DNA from: Escherichia phage SUT_E1620 | Strand: one strand, 5' to 3' | Sequence record: OQ939939 | Length of the DNA stretch: 64,000 bases | In this document: positions 1 through 9,753 of the stretch, in pieces | How positions within the stretch are numbered: position 1 is the stretch's first letter | Layout of the letters: each line of letters begins with the position of its first letter | Made by a program: the position numbers and the translations under genes | Notes under the pieces: generated by a model | What the model was told of the DNA's origin: nothing | Databases searched by the model: none | The model's input: the letters and a program-made list of their open reading frames with translations, nothing else

Positions 1-884
1 CTTCCGTTTCCATGTCTAGCGAAGCATACGAAACTATCTTCTCTACCCGTATTATCCGTGACCTGCAGAAGGAACTGGTAGTTGGTGCACTGTTCGATGA
101 ACTGCCAATGTCCAGCAAAATCCTTACTATGCTCGTTGAACCAGAAGCTGGTCGTGCTACTTGGGTAGATGCTTCCAAATTCGGTACTGACGAAACTGTT
201 GGTGACGAAGTTAAAGGTCAACTGACTGAAATCAGCTTCAAAACTTACAAGCTGGCTGCTAAGTCCTTCATCACTGATGAAACTGAAGAAGATGCAATCT
301 TCTCCCTGCTGCCTCTGCTGCGTAAGCGTCTGATCGAAGCACACGCTGTTTCTATCGAAGAAGCTTTCATGTCCGGTAATGGTACTGGTCAGCCTAAGGG
401 TCTGCTGAAACTGGCTGCTGATGATGGTGCTAAGGTTGTTACCGAAGCTAAAGCTGACGGTTCTGTTCTGGTAACTGCTAAAACTATCTCCAAGCTGCGT
501 CGTAAACTGGGCCGTCACGGTCTGAAACTGAGCAAACTGGTACTGATCGTATCTATGGATGCTTACTACGATCTGCTGGAAGATGAAGAATGGCAGGATG
601 TTGCCCAGGTTGGTAACGATGCTGTTAAACTGCAGGGTCAGGTTGGTCGTATTTACGGTCTGCCGGTTGTAGTTTCTGAGTACTTCCCAGCTAAAGCTGC
701 TTCCGCTGAATTCGCAGTTATTGTTTATAAAGATAACTTCGTAATGCCGCGTCAGCGTGCCGTTACTGTTGAACGTGAGCGCCAAGCTGGCAAACAGCGT
801 GACGCATACTACGTTACTCAGCGTGTTAACCTGCAACGTTACTTCGAAAACGGCGTTGTATCTGGTGCTTACGCTGCATCTTAA
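1..884 (+). CDS. major capsid protein (T5 pb8-like), C-terminal part; 5' end outside window
   Basis: ORF open to window edge; host-optimal codon usage typical of abundant virion proteins; strong terminator directly downstream; sits upstream of neck/tail genes. Confidence 0.55.
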   Translation, partial: SVSMSSEAYETIFSTRIIRDLQKELVVGALFDELPMSSKILTMLVEPEAGRATWVDASKFGTDETVGDEVKGQLTEISFKTYKLAAKSFITDETEEDAIFSLLPLLRKRLIEAHAVSIEEAFMSGNGTGQPKGLLKLAADDGAKVVTEAKADGSVLVTAKTISKLRRKLGRHGLKLSKLVLIVSMDAYYDLLEDEEWQDVAQVGNDAVKLQGQVGRIYGLPVVVSEYFPAKAASAEFAVIVYKDNFVMPRQRAVTVERERQAGKQRDAYYVTQRVNLQRYFENGVVSGAYAAS

Positions 885-903
885 TACAGGCTTTTCAGCC
901 GAT

Positions 904-929
904 AAGGAGAGCTTCGGCTCTCCTTTTTT
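904..929 (+). terminator. intrinsic terminator after capsid gene
   Basis: hairpin AAGGAGAGC-TTCG-GCTCTCCTT followed by T6. Confidence 0.75.
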
Positions 930-943
930 ATTGGGAAAAATAA

Positions 944-1456
944 ATGCAAATCATCACTGTTGAAGATTATAAACTATATGGGAACTTAAAACGTCCTGAT
1001 ATGGAAACTCAGGTTGAGATGATGATTAAAGCTGCCAATACGCTGATTACAAGCCTTCTAGGTATGGATGATGCAGACGCGGTAGATCAATTAATCACCA
1101 CAAAACCTAGCCGTAGGAAATATTTTCTGAGTTCCCCCTCAGCCACATCTATTACAAAGATGACTATTAACGAGAAAGAAATAGACCCGGAACAGTTTAA
1201 ACTGTATCCTGATGGTGTTATTCTTCTTAAGTTTAATCCTCCTGAAGGGTATATGGATGTAGAGTATACTCAAGGTGGTTTCAATCCAACGCCTGAAGAT
1301 CTTAAACTGGCAGCATGTCTGTTAGTAGACCACTGGCATAAGCAAGATTATCGTCAAGCCAAGACTATTGGTGGTGAGACAGTTACGTTTAACAATACTA
1401 AGTCTGGTATTCCAGAGCATATTCGTACAATCATCGAAGTCTACAGGAGAGTATAA
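944..1456 (+). CDS. head completion / head-tail adaptor protein (T5 p144-like)
   Basis: 170 aa; position between capsid and tail genes; size matches T5 synteny. Confidence 0.4.
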   Translation: MQIITVEDYKLYGNLKRPDMETQVEMMIKAANTLITSLLGMDDADAVDQLITTKPSRRKYFLSSPSATSITKMTINEKEIDPEQFKLYPDGVILLKFNPPEGYMDVEYTQGGFNPTPEDLKLAACLLVDHWHKQDYRQAKTIGGETVTFNNTKSGIPEHIRTIIEVYRRV

Positions 1457-2223
1457 TGGCTCTTTCTGATCTAGCTAGACAAATTATTAAAGAGCAGCTA
1501 GATACTGCAGGACGATCTGAGAATAATAAGAATACTGTTGTGTATACAGTTGAGACAGGTTTGAAAGATCCTACAAGAGATGGTACAGTTGCACAGGTAT
1601 CTTTCAAATTCTCAAAACCAGTATCTCAAGACTTATTAAATGTTAGGACAGCATCTATACTGAAGGCTGTTTCTTCTAATTTAGATCTTTCTGGTGATTT
1701 AGGCGCTCTAGAGAATTTAATTCAAGCAACAGCAGGTAAACGTTCTGCTGTTGGTAAAAAACGTTCTACCGGTAGAGTTCAGGTAAACTTTGGAGATCCT
1801 AGAGATACTGAAGATGGCTATTCTGGTGCAGTAACAGGTGCTTCCGGTCGTTTCGTATCGAATAGTAACATGCGTGCTATTCTTGAGATAGTAGCTAAGG
1901 AATACTTAATCAAGGATATGAAAAAAGCAGGGGCACCATTGAAGTTCAGAACTGGTCGCTTTGCTAACTCCTTAAAGATTAAAGACGTTATGCTACGTGA
2001 TGCAGAAACTAGTAAAGGTGCTCCAGAGCTGAATGTGACGTATAACTATATGGTTCGTCCTTACTCTGTGTTCAACCCCGCAGTTTCTACATATCGAAGA
2101 CTTTCTCTACGACCTTACCCTGGCGCTCGAAACCCTCAAAAACTTATTGGGGAAGCAATCGCAAAAGCTGCAAGAGACCTGATTCACTCTAGATATAAAA
2201 TCAAGGTTAATCAAGGAACCTAG
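1456..2223 (+). CDS. neck / tail completion protein (T5 p143-like)
   Basis: 255 aa; start overlaps previous stop (ATGA-type coupling); synteny. Confidence 0.4.
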   Translation: MALSDLARQIIKEQLDTAGRSENNKNTVVYTVETGLKDPTRDGTVAQVSFKFSKPVSQDLLNVRTASILKAVSSNLDLSGDLGALENLIQATAGKRSAVGKKRSTGRVQVNFGDPRDTEDGYSGAVTGASGRFVSNSNMRAILEIVAKEYLIKDMKKAGAPLKFRTGRFANSLKIKDVMLRDAETSKGAPELNVTYNYMVRPYSVFNPAVSTYRRLSLRPYPGARNPQKLIGEAIAKAARDLIHSRYKIKVNQGT

Positions 2224-2226
2224 TAA

Positions 2227-2712
2227 ATGGATCACAGAACAAGTATTGCACAAGCAGTGGTTGACCGAATCGCCACACAAATGGATGGTTCACAACCTGA
2301 CGAGTATTTCAATAACCTTTATGGAAACGTTTCTCGTCAAACTTATAAATTCGAGGAAATCCGAGAATTTCCTTATGTGGCAGTCCATATCGGAACTGAA
2401 ACTGGGCAGTATCTTCCCTCAGGCCAACAGTGGATGTTTTTAGAACTTCCAATCTTCGTGTATGACAAAGAGAAAACAGATATTCAAGAGCAACTTGAAA
2501 AACTCGTAGCTGACATAAAAACCGTCATTGACACAGGTGGAAATTTAGAATATACTGTTAGTAAACCTAATGGATCGACCTTCCCATGTGAGGCAACTGA
2601 TATGAGCATCACCTCAGTAGCTACAGATGAGGGTCTACTGGCCCCATATGGTTTAGCGGAAATAAATGTAACAGTGAGGTATCAGCCACCTCGTAGGGCA
2701 CTTCGCAGATAA
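2227..2712 (+). CDS. tail terminator protein (T5 p142-like)
   Basis: 161 aa; immediately upstream of tail tube gene; synteny. Confidence 0.45.
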   Translation: MDHRTSIAQAVVDRIATQMDGSQPDEYFNNLYGNVSRQTYKFEEIREFPYVAVHIGTETGQYLPSGQQWMFLELPIFVYDKEKTDIQEQLEKLVADIKTVIDTGGNLEYTVSKPNGSTFPCEATDMSITSVATDEGLLAPYGLAEINVTVRYQPPRRALRR

Positions 2713-2738
2713 GTTACAGATTAGGAGAATATAAATAA

Positions 2739-4148
2739 ATGTCTTTACAACTATTACGTAATACTCGAATCTTCGTGTCTACGGTTAAGACTGGTCACGA
2801 TAAGACCAACACGCAAGAGATTCTAGTTCAAGATGATATTTCTTGGGGTCAGGACAGTAACTCAACCGATATTACTGTTAACGAAGCTGGTCCGCGTCCA
2901 ACTCGTGGTTCAAAACGTTTCAACGACTCCCTGAACGCAGCTGAGTGGAGTTTCTCTACTTACATCCTGCCTTACTTAGATAAGACTACTAGTAAGCAGA
3001 TCGTTCCGGACTACATGCTGTGGCATGCTCTTTCTAGTGGTAAGCCTATCAACCTAGATGGTGATACAGGTGCTCACACTAACGAAACTAACTTCATGGT
3101 TAACTTTAAGGATAACGCATACCACGAGCTGGCAATGCTACATATTTACATCCTTACTGATAAAGCATGGAGCTACATCGATTCCTGTCAGATCAACCAG
3201 GCTGAAGTAAACGTTGATATCGAAGATATCGGTCGTGTAACTTGGTCAGGTAATGGTAACCAGCTGATCCCTCTGGACGCTGCTCCCTTTGATCCTGATA
3301 CTGTGGGTATTGATGATGAAACTTACATGACTATCCAGGGTTCTTACATCAAGAACAAACTGACTATCCTCAAAATTAAGGATATGGATACTGGTAAGGC
3401 ATATGACATTCCGATCACTGGTGGTAGCTTTACAATTAACAACAACATCACATATCTGACTCCTAACGTCATGTCCCGTGTTAACATCCCAATCGGTTCA
3501 TTTACTGGTGCATTCGAATTAACTGGTTCTCTGACCGCTTATCTTAACGATAAAGCTCTAGGTTCTATGGATCTGTATAAAGATCTGATTAAGACCCTGA
3601 AGGTAGTTAACCGTTTCGAAATCGCTCTAGTACTTGGCGGTGAATATGATGATGAGCGCCCAGCCGCTGTTCTAGTTGCTAAGCAAGCTCACGTTAACAT
3701 CCCAACTATTGAGACTGACGATGTACTTGGTACTTCTGTAGAGTTCAAAGCAATTCCTACTGATCTGGATACTGGTGATGAAGGTTATCTTGGTTTCTCT
3801 AATAAGTACACCAAAGCTACTATTGCAAATCTGATTGCAACTGGTGACGGTGGTAAAGCAGCTCCAGTAAAAGTAACAGGTATTACTGTTAAATCTGCGG
3901 GTGATGCAACTTCCGTCGAGAATAGTGCAACTCTTCAGATGACTGTAGATGTTTTACCTGCTGAAGCTACTAATAAGGAAGTAACTTGGTCTATTTCCTC
4001 TGGTACTGCTGCCACTATTGATGCAACTTCTGGGTTACTAACCGCTGATGCTTCTAAGACTGGTGCAGTTACTGTGAAAGCTGTAGCTAAAGATGGTTCT
4101 GGTGTAGAAGGTACTAAGAGCATTACAGTTACTGCTTCTGGTGGCTAA
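2739..4148 (+). CDS. tail tube protein pb6 with C-terminal Ig-like (Big_2-type) domain
   Basis: 469 aa; C-terminal Ser/Thr/Ala/Val-rich beta-sandwich-like segment (TWSISSGTAATIDATSG...); SD AGGAG upstream; synteny with T5 pb6. Confidence 0.75.
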   Translation: MSLQLLRNTRIFVSTVKTGHDKTNTQEILVQDDISWGQDSNSTDITVNEAGPRPTRGSKRFNDSLNAAEWSFSTYILPYLDKTTSKQIVPDYMLWHALSSGKPINLDGDTGAHTNETNFMVNFKDNAYHELAMLHIYILTDKAWSYIDSCQINQAEVNVDIEDIGRVTWSGNGNQLIPLDAAPFDPDTVGIDDETYMTIQGSYIKNKLTILKIKDMDTGKAYDIPITGGSFTINNNITYLTPNVMSRVNIPIGSFTGAFELTGSLTAYLNDKALGSMDLYKDLIKTLKVVNRFEIALVLGGEYDDERPAAVLVAKQAHVNIPTIETDDVLGTSVEFKAIPTDLDTGDEGYLGFSNKYTKATIANLIATGDGGKAAPVKVTGITVKSAGDATSVENSATLQMTVDVLPAEATNKEVTWSISSGTAATIDATSGLLTADASKTGAVTVKAVAKDGSGVEGTKSITVTASGG

Positions 4149-4152
4149 TTAA

Positions 4153-5052
4153 ATGTACTACTCTCTAATGAGGGAGTCAAAAGTTATAGTTGAGTACGAT
4201 GGCAGGGCTTATCATTTTGATGCCCTGTCAAATTACGATATCAATACGTCCTATGAGGAATTTAAAACTCTTCGTAGGACTATACATCGTAGAACCAACT
4301 ATGCTGACTCTATTATTAATGCACAAACTCCATCTTCAATATCACTGGCTATAAATTTTAGTAATACCCTTACTGAAGCTAACTTCTTTGAATGGATGGG
4401 CTTTGACCGAGAGGGTAACACATTCTTACTACCACTTTATAGTACAAATATTGAGCCAACAATGTTTAATATATACATAGTTAATAAAGATAATAACTGT
4501 GTATACTTTGAGAATTGCTATGTATCTACTGTAGACTTTTCTCTAGATAAAAGCGTTCCTATCCTAAACGTAGGAATTGAATCTGGTAAGTTCTCTGAGG
4601 TGTCTACTTTTACTCCTGCTGGTTCTATTGTTCAGGGTGAAGTTATGTCATATAGTCCTCCTAGAGTATCTACCAACAGTAATGTTTTACCAGCTCTTTT
4701 ATCCGCTTCTATGTCATTCCAGCAACAATGTTCTTGGAGAGAAGATAAAAGCGTATTTGACATAAACAAAATATATAATAATAAGAGAGCTTATGTTAAT
4801 GAAATGAATGCTTCGGCAACAATTGCATTTTACTACACCAAGCGATTTGCTGGTGATATATTTTATAATATTGAACCCGAAACTGACATACCATTAACCA
4901 TCAGAAATGAACATATTTCGATTGATTTTCCTTCAGCACGTATAACAAAACGCCTACAATTCTCGGATATATACAGAGTTGAATGGGATGTAATCCCTAC
5001 TGCAGACTCTGATCCGGTAAGAATCGACTTCTTTGGAGAAATAAAGAAATGA
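4153..5052 (+). CDS. tail protein p140-like
   Basis: 299 aa; AT-rich codon usage; position after tail tube gene as in T5. Confidence 0.45.
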   Translation: MYYSLMRESKVIVEYDGRAYHFDALSNYDINTSYEEFKTLRRTIHRRTNYADSIINAQTPSSISLAINFSNTLTEANFFEWMGFDREGNTFLLPLYSTNIEPTMFNIYIVNKDNNCVYFENCYVSTVDFSLDKSVPILNVGIESGKFSEVSTFTPAGSIVQGEVMSYSPPRVSTNSNVLPALLSASMSFQQQCSWREDKSVFDINKIYNNKRAYVNEMNASATIAFYYTKRFAGDIFYNIEPETDIPLTIRNEHISIDFPSARITKRLQFSDIYRVEWDVIPTADSDPVRIDFFGEIKK

Positions 5053-5453
5053 TCAATTTAAAAGATATTACCCTTGAAACTCGTACTATTGAGCTGGCTT
5101 ACCCAGGTATGCCTAACTTCAAGCTACAACTGAACTACATGTCTCGTGCTGCATCTAAGCGTGTTATCTCTTCCGCTAAGCGTGACGAGTGGGTTAACGG
5201 TACTATGATTCAGGTTCAGGATGATGATAAGTTTATTGAAGCTTTCGTTGATACTGCAATTGCTGGCTGGACTGGCTTGACGATTGGAGATGTTGAGAAG
5301 CTGATGCTTATCGAAACTGAGGCTGATCCTACTACTGAAGTTCCATTTAGTCGCGATAACGCTATCATGCTTATGCAGAACTCTGCTGCGTTTGATTCTT
5401 GGATCAACCAGACAGTGTTCCACTTAGACACTTTTCGTAGCTCAAAAGCGTAA
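5049..5453 (+). CDS. putative tail assembly chaperone
   Basis: 134 aa; located upstream of tape measure gene; start overlaps previous stop. Confidence 0.35.
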   Translation: MINLKDITLETRTIELAYPGMPNFKLQLNYMSRAASKRVISSAKRDEWVNGTMIQVQDDDKFIEAFVDTAIAGWTGLTIGDVEKLMLIETEADPTTEVPFSRDNAIMLMQNSAAFDSWINQTVFHLDTFRSSKA

Positions 5454-5514
5454 GCAGTTACTAGATGCTGTTGCCGATTTTGCAGATAAATGCATTAAAT
5501 CCTCAGCATCTAAA

Positions 5515-5883
5515 ATGACAAAACAACAATATTTAATGCTTTGTGAGTCTCTAGGTATTGAACCTGATCCTAAGGCAATGCCTGTTGAACTCGAAGATTT
5601 TCCACCTATTGTATCTACTAGTATGAATATTTATAACAGTCTTATTGACTGTTTCATACCAGGTGACTTTCCTATCTTTATAGGAAAAGACAAAAGTGCA
5701 TTAGGTGTTTTATTTGATATCTATGGGATTACTGATCCTATAGAGAAAGAGTTTGTTCTACACATCATCAATATATTTGATTCGAAAGCTGTAGATGCAG
5801 CTCGTAAGAGAGCCGAGAAGCATAGTAAACCTAATGGTCGTACCCCGAACATTAAGCCACATGCTAGATCTCGAGCTCAGTAA
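5515..5883 (+). CDS. putative tail assembly chaperone / hypothetical protein
   Basis: 122 aa; directly upstream of tape measure gene; followed by terminator. Confidence 0.3.
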   Translation: MTKQQYLMLCESLGIEPDPKAMPVELEDFPPIVSTSMNIYNSLIDCFIPGDFPIFIGKDKSALGVLFDIYGITDPIEKEFVLHIINIFDSKAVDAARKRAEKHSKPNGRTPNIKPHARSRAQ

Positions 5884-5919
5884 AAAGTTTCCTCCAATGG
5901 GCGTTCCACGATGAGGCTT

Positions 5920-5950
5920 GGCTCTGGGTGATTTGCCCAGAGCCTTTTTT
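5920..5950 (+). terminator. intrinsic terminator upstream of tape measure gene
   Basis: hairpin GGCTCTGGG-TGATTTG-CCCAGAGCC followed by T6. Confidence 0.7.
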
Positions 5951-5964
5951 ATTGGGAAAAATAA

Positions 5965-8900
5965 ATGACTGATAAGCTAATACGAGAACTACTTATAGAT
6001 GTAAAGCAGAAAGGGGCAACCCGTACTGCAAAATCTATTGAGAACGTTTCCGATGCGTTAGAAAATGCTGCTGCCGCTTCCGAACTGACTAATGAGCAGT
6101 TAGGAAAAATGCCCAAAACTCTTTACTCCATTGAGAGGGCGGCGGATAGAGCAGCTAAAAGTCTAACTAAAATGCAGGCTAGTAGAGGTATGGCTGGTAT
6201 CACTAAATCCATTGAAGGTATTGGTGATAAGCTAGATGATCTTGCCCTTGCTATGATCGAAGTATCTGAGAAGCTAGAGTCTGGATTTACACATGTGGGT
6301 AAATCTGTTAAGGCTATGGGTAACGATGTAGCTGCTGCAACCGAAAAAGTTCAAGATAGATTATATGATACTAACCGAGCACTAGGCAATACTGCTAGAG
6401 GCTTTAACGATACAACTACCTCCGCAGGACGTGCTAGTCGTGCAATTGGTAATACTTCTGGTTCAGCACGTGGTGCTACTCGTGACTTCGCAGCAATGGC
6501 TAAAGTGGGTGGTAGTTTACCTCTTATGTATGCTGCTATCGCGTCTAACGTGTTCGTTCTACAATCTGCATTCGAACAACTTAAGATGGGTGACCAGTTA
6601 AACCGTCTTGAGAAGTTTGGTACTATTGTTGGTACTCAAACAGGTACTCCTGTACAAACTCTAGCTAGATCTCTACAAGAGGCTGCTGGTTATGCAATCT
6701 CCTTCGAAGAAGCAATGAGACAGGCATCCTCTGCTTCTGCATATGGATTCGATGCTAAACAACTTAATAAATTTGGTCTAGTAGCTCGTCGTGCTGCTGC
6801 TGTTCTTGGTGTTGATATGACTGATGCACTTAACCGTGTAATCAAGGGCGTATCTAAACAAGAAATCGAACTTCTGGACGAACTTGGTGTTACTATTCGT
6901 CTTAACGATGCTTACGCAGACTATGTTAAACAGTTAAATGCTGCTAACACAGGTATTACATATAACGTTAATAGTCTCTCTACTTTCCAGAAGCAACAAG
7001 CATATGCTAACGCAGTTATCGCTGAATCTACTAAACGTTTCGGCTATCTTGATGATGTACTTCGTGCAACCCCCTGGGAACAGTTTGCTGCTAATGCTGA
7101 TGCTGCACTGAGAAAGGTTCAACAGGCTGCTGCTAAGTATTTAGGGCCAGTAATTGATTCTATCAACGCAGTGTTCTATACTTCTCAAGCATCTATCTCG
7201 GCCTCTGCTGCTAGAGCACAGGAAGAAACTAACCGCCAGATTGACCCAGCTAACGTTGGTGCTGTAGCTTTAAGTCTTTCCGCTTCTGAGGAAGGATATA
7301 ATAAAGCTCTTGATATGTACAAAGAATCTCTAGAAAAGCGTAATAAGTTAAAAGCTGATCTAGATAAGCGTATGGAACAGGCTGACTTCTTTACTGCAGG
7401 TGCAATTCGTTCTGTGGCTCAAGGTGTTCCGGTAAGTGCTGCGGCTCTTGGTGCTTCGGAGGAAAACAAGAAGTTCGTAGCTGAAACTGCTGCATTAGCT
7501 CTCCAGGTAGAGCGTCTTGATAAGGAAGTAGAGGATTCAACCGATAACTTAGGTGCATGGAAATCTGCATATCAAGCTGCTGGTGCTGCCGCAGCCAAAT
7601 CTAATACAGCATTCCAGAAGCAAATTAACCTACAGAAAGATGCAAATGACCCGGATGCGGTTTATGACTTTAACTCTGCAACTCTGAAAGGATTGACAGA
7701 ACAGCAGAAAGCGTATGACCAAGCTAAGAAAACTGCCAGTGACTTAGCTAACGATATCCAGAACATCGCTCAGAATACTAATACTGCGGCTAAAACTAGT
7801 GCATCCCTATCAGATACGATTAAGACTATTGAGTCTCTTTCTGCGGGTACTGGTAAAAATGCTGATGAGTATGTTAAGAGCCTGAACTTAGGGTATAATA
7901 CTCTTAGTGAGATGAAGACTGCTTCACAAGCTCTTGCTGGTTACGTAAAATTAACTGGTAATGAGACTAAGAATCAGTTAGAAGTTCAGCAGAAGATTGC
8001 AGAAGTATACAACCAGACTAAGGACAAAGAGAAAGCACAGGAAGCTGGTAGACGTCTGGAAATCCAACAGTTAGAAGAACAGGAAGCAGCTCTTAAGCGT
8101 GTCCTAGAAACTAACAAAGGTAACAAAGCAATCGAAGGTGAAATAGCTAAGATTCAGTTAGAACGTATCAAGATTACTAACCAGGGTATGGAAGCTCAGA
8201 AGAAGGTTAAGGACTATACCGATAAGATTCTTGGTGTTGATCGTGAAATTGCTCTCCTGAATAACCGTACTATGACAGATACTCAATATCGTTTAGCTCA
8301 GTTGAACCTTGAACTGACTGTCGAGAAAGAAAAGTATGAATGGTACTCCAAACAGGTTGATAAGCATAAGGAAGCTGAACAATCAAGACGTGCTCAGGCA
8401 CAAATTGAACGTGAAATCTGGAAATTCCGTCAGGATCAGCAAAGGGAAATGGCTGCTGGCAGGGAGGAGGAGCAACAAAGGAAGTTTACCGCAAATCCTT
8501 TAATGGGAGCTGCGGAACGTATCAAGGAGCAAATCCAGCTATTTGAAGACCTTAAGCAAAAAACTTTAGGGAATGCTGCTGCTCAGCTAGAGTATAACAA
8601 AAAACTGGCCGAAACTAGAGCCCAGCTCGCGGCTTTAAGAGTACAGCGCGATGCAGAAATGCAGTCTTCTGTAGGTGCGGCTGTAGGGGCTACGTATACT
8701 CCTACTACTGGATTAACTGGAGAAGATAAAAACTTCGCAGATATGCAGAATAGAATGGCATCCTACGACCAGGCTATTTCTAAGCTGTCTGAGCTGAACT
8801 CCGAAGCAACTGCTGTAGCACAAAGCATGGGTAACCTAACTAACGCTATGATCCAGTTCTCTCAAGGATCTCTGGATACCACTTCTCTAGTAGCGGCGGG

Positions 8901-9645
8901 TATGCAAACTGTATCTTCAATGATTCAGTATAGTGTTGGTCAACAGGTAAGTGCTATTGATGCAGCTATTGCAGCAGAACAGAAACGTGACGGTAAATCT
9001 GAGCAATCCAAAGCTAAGATCAAGAAGTTAGAGGCTGAAAAGCTCAAGATCCAGCAAGATGCAGCTAAGAAGCAAATCATTATCCAGACGGCAGTAGCGG
9101 TGATGCAAGCAGCAACAGCTGTTCCGTACCCATTCTCTATTCCTCTGATGGTTGCGGCTGGTTTAGCAGGTGCTATGGCTCTTGCTCAAGCATCCTCTGC
9201 ATCTGGTATGTCTTCTATTGGGGACTCTGGTGCTGAGACAGCTGGTTACTTAACTCTTGGAGAGCGCCAGAAGAACGTAGACGTTTCTATGTCGGCTAAC
9301 GCAGGTGAGCTTTCTTATATTCGAGGAGATCAAGGGATTGGTAATGCTAACTCTTTCGTACCCCGTGCAGAAGGTGGTAATATGTATCCTGGAGTTAGTT
9401 ACCAGATGGGTGAACATGGTACCGAAGTAATCACTCCTATGGTTCCGATGAAGGCTACTCCTACTGATGAACTCAAAGGATCTTCAAAGGGTACATCGGG
9501 TAGACCTATTGTGCTGAACATCAGTACGATGGATGCGGCTAGCTTCCGAGACTTTGCTTCGAGCAACAGTGCTGCTTTCAGGGATGCCGTAGAACAGGCT
9601 CTTAATGAGAATGGAACCACCCTGAAATCACTTGGTAATTCTTAA
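5965..9645 (+). CDS. tape measure protein (T5 pb2-like)
   Basis: 1226 aa; long Ala/Gln/Lys/Glu-rich coiled-coil segments; hydrophobic segment near C-terminus; size and position match T5 pb2. Confidence 0.85.
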   Translation: MTDKLIRELLIDVKQKGATRTAKSIENVSDALENAAAASELTNEQLGKMPKTLYSIERAADRAAKSLTKMQASRGMAGITKSIEGIGDKLDDLALAMIEVSEKLESGFTHVGKSVKAMGNDVAAATEKVQDRLYDTNRALGNTARGFNDTTTSAGRASRAIGNTSGSARGATRDFAAMAKVGGSLPLMYAAIASNVFVLQSAFEQLKMGDQLNRLEKFGTIVGTQTGTPVQTLARSLQEAAGYAISFEEAMRQASSASAYGFDAKQLNKFGLVARRAAAVLGVDMTDALNRVIKGVSKQEIELLDELGVTIRLNDAYADYVKQLNAANTGITYNVNSLSTFQKQQAYANAVIAESTKRFGYLDDVLRATPWEQFAANADAALRKVQQAAAKYLGPVIDSINAVFYTSQASISASAARAQEETNRQIDPANVGAVALSLSASEEGYNKALDMYKESLEKRNKLKADLDKRMEQADFFTAGAIRSVAQGVPVSAAALGASEENKKFVAETAALALQVERLDKEVEDSTDNLGAWKSAYQAAGAAAAKSNTAFQKQINLQKDANDPDAVYDFNSATLKGLTEQQKAYDQAKKTASDLANDIQNIAQNTNTAAKTSASLSDTIKTIESLSAGTGKNADEYVKSLNLGYNTLSEMKTASQALAGYVKLTGNETKNQLEVQQKIAEVYNQTKDKEKAQEAGRRLEIQQLEEQEAALKRVLETNKGNKAIEGEIAKIQLERIKITNQGMEAQKKVKDYTDKILGVDREIALLNNRTMTDTQYRLAQLNLELTVEKEKYEWYSKQVDKHKEAEQSRRAQAQIEREIWKFRQDQQREMAAGREEEQQRKFTANPLMGAAERIKEQIQLFEDLKQKTLGNAAAQLEYNKKLAETRAQLAALRVQRDAEMQSSVGAAVGATYTPTTGLTGEDKNFADMQNRMASYDQAISKLSELNSEATAVAQSMGNLTNAMIQFSQGSLDTTSLVAAGMQTVSSMIQYSVGQQVSAIDAAIAAEQKRDGKSEQSKAKIKKLEAEKLKIQQDAAKKQIIIQTAVAVMQAATAVPYPFSIPLMVAAGLAGAMALAQASSASGMSSIGDSGAETAGYLTLGERQKNVDVSMSANAGELSYIRGDQGIGNANSFVPRAEGGNMYPGVSYQMGEHGTEVITPMVPMKATPTDELKGSSKGTSGRPIVLNISTMDAASFRDFASSNSAAFRDAVEQALNENGTTLKSLGNS

Positions 9646-9652
9646 TACTGGA

Positions 9653-9679
9653 GGAGGACTTTATGTCCTCCTTTTCTTT
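9653..9679 (+). terminator. intrinsic terminator after tape measure gene
   Basis: hairpin GGAGGAC-TTTAT-GTCCTCC followed by TTTTCTTT. Confidence 0.7.
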
Positions 9680-9698
9680 ATGGAAAAATAAAAATTTC

Positions 9699-9727
9699 TT
9701 GATAAAATTTTCCAATCCTATTATAAT
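9699..9727 (+). promoter_or_regulatory. sigma70-type promoter inside late tail operon (upstream of pb9)
   Basis: TTGATA-17 bp-TATAAT, followed by strong SD. Confidence 0.5.
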
Positions 9728-9753
9728 ATTGTTATTAAGAGGAGAAATTAACT

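Noticed and set aside
757-963. 68-aa ORF overlapping capsid 3' end and terminator
   Set aside because: Out-of-frame overlap with the capsid gene and spans the terminator hairpin; not plausible as a gene.
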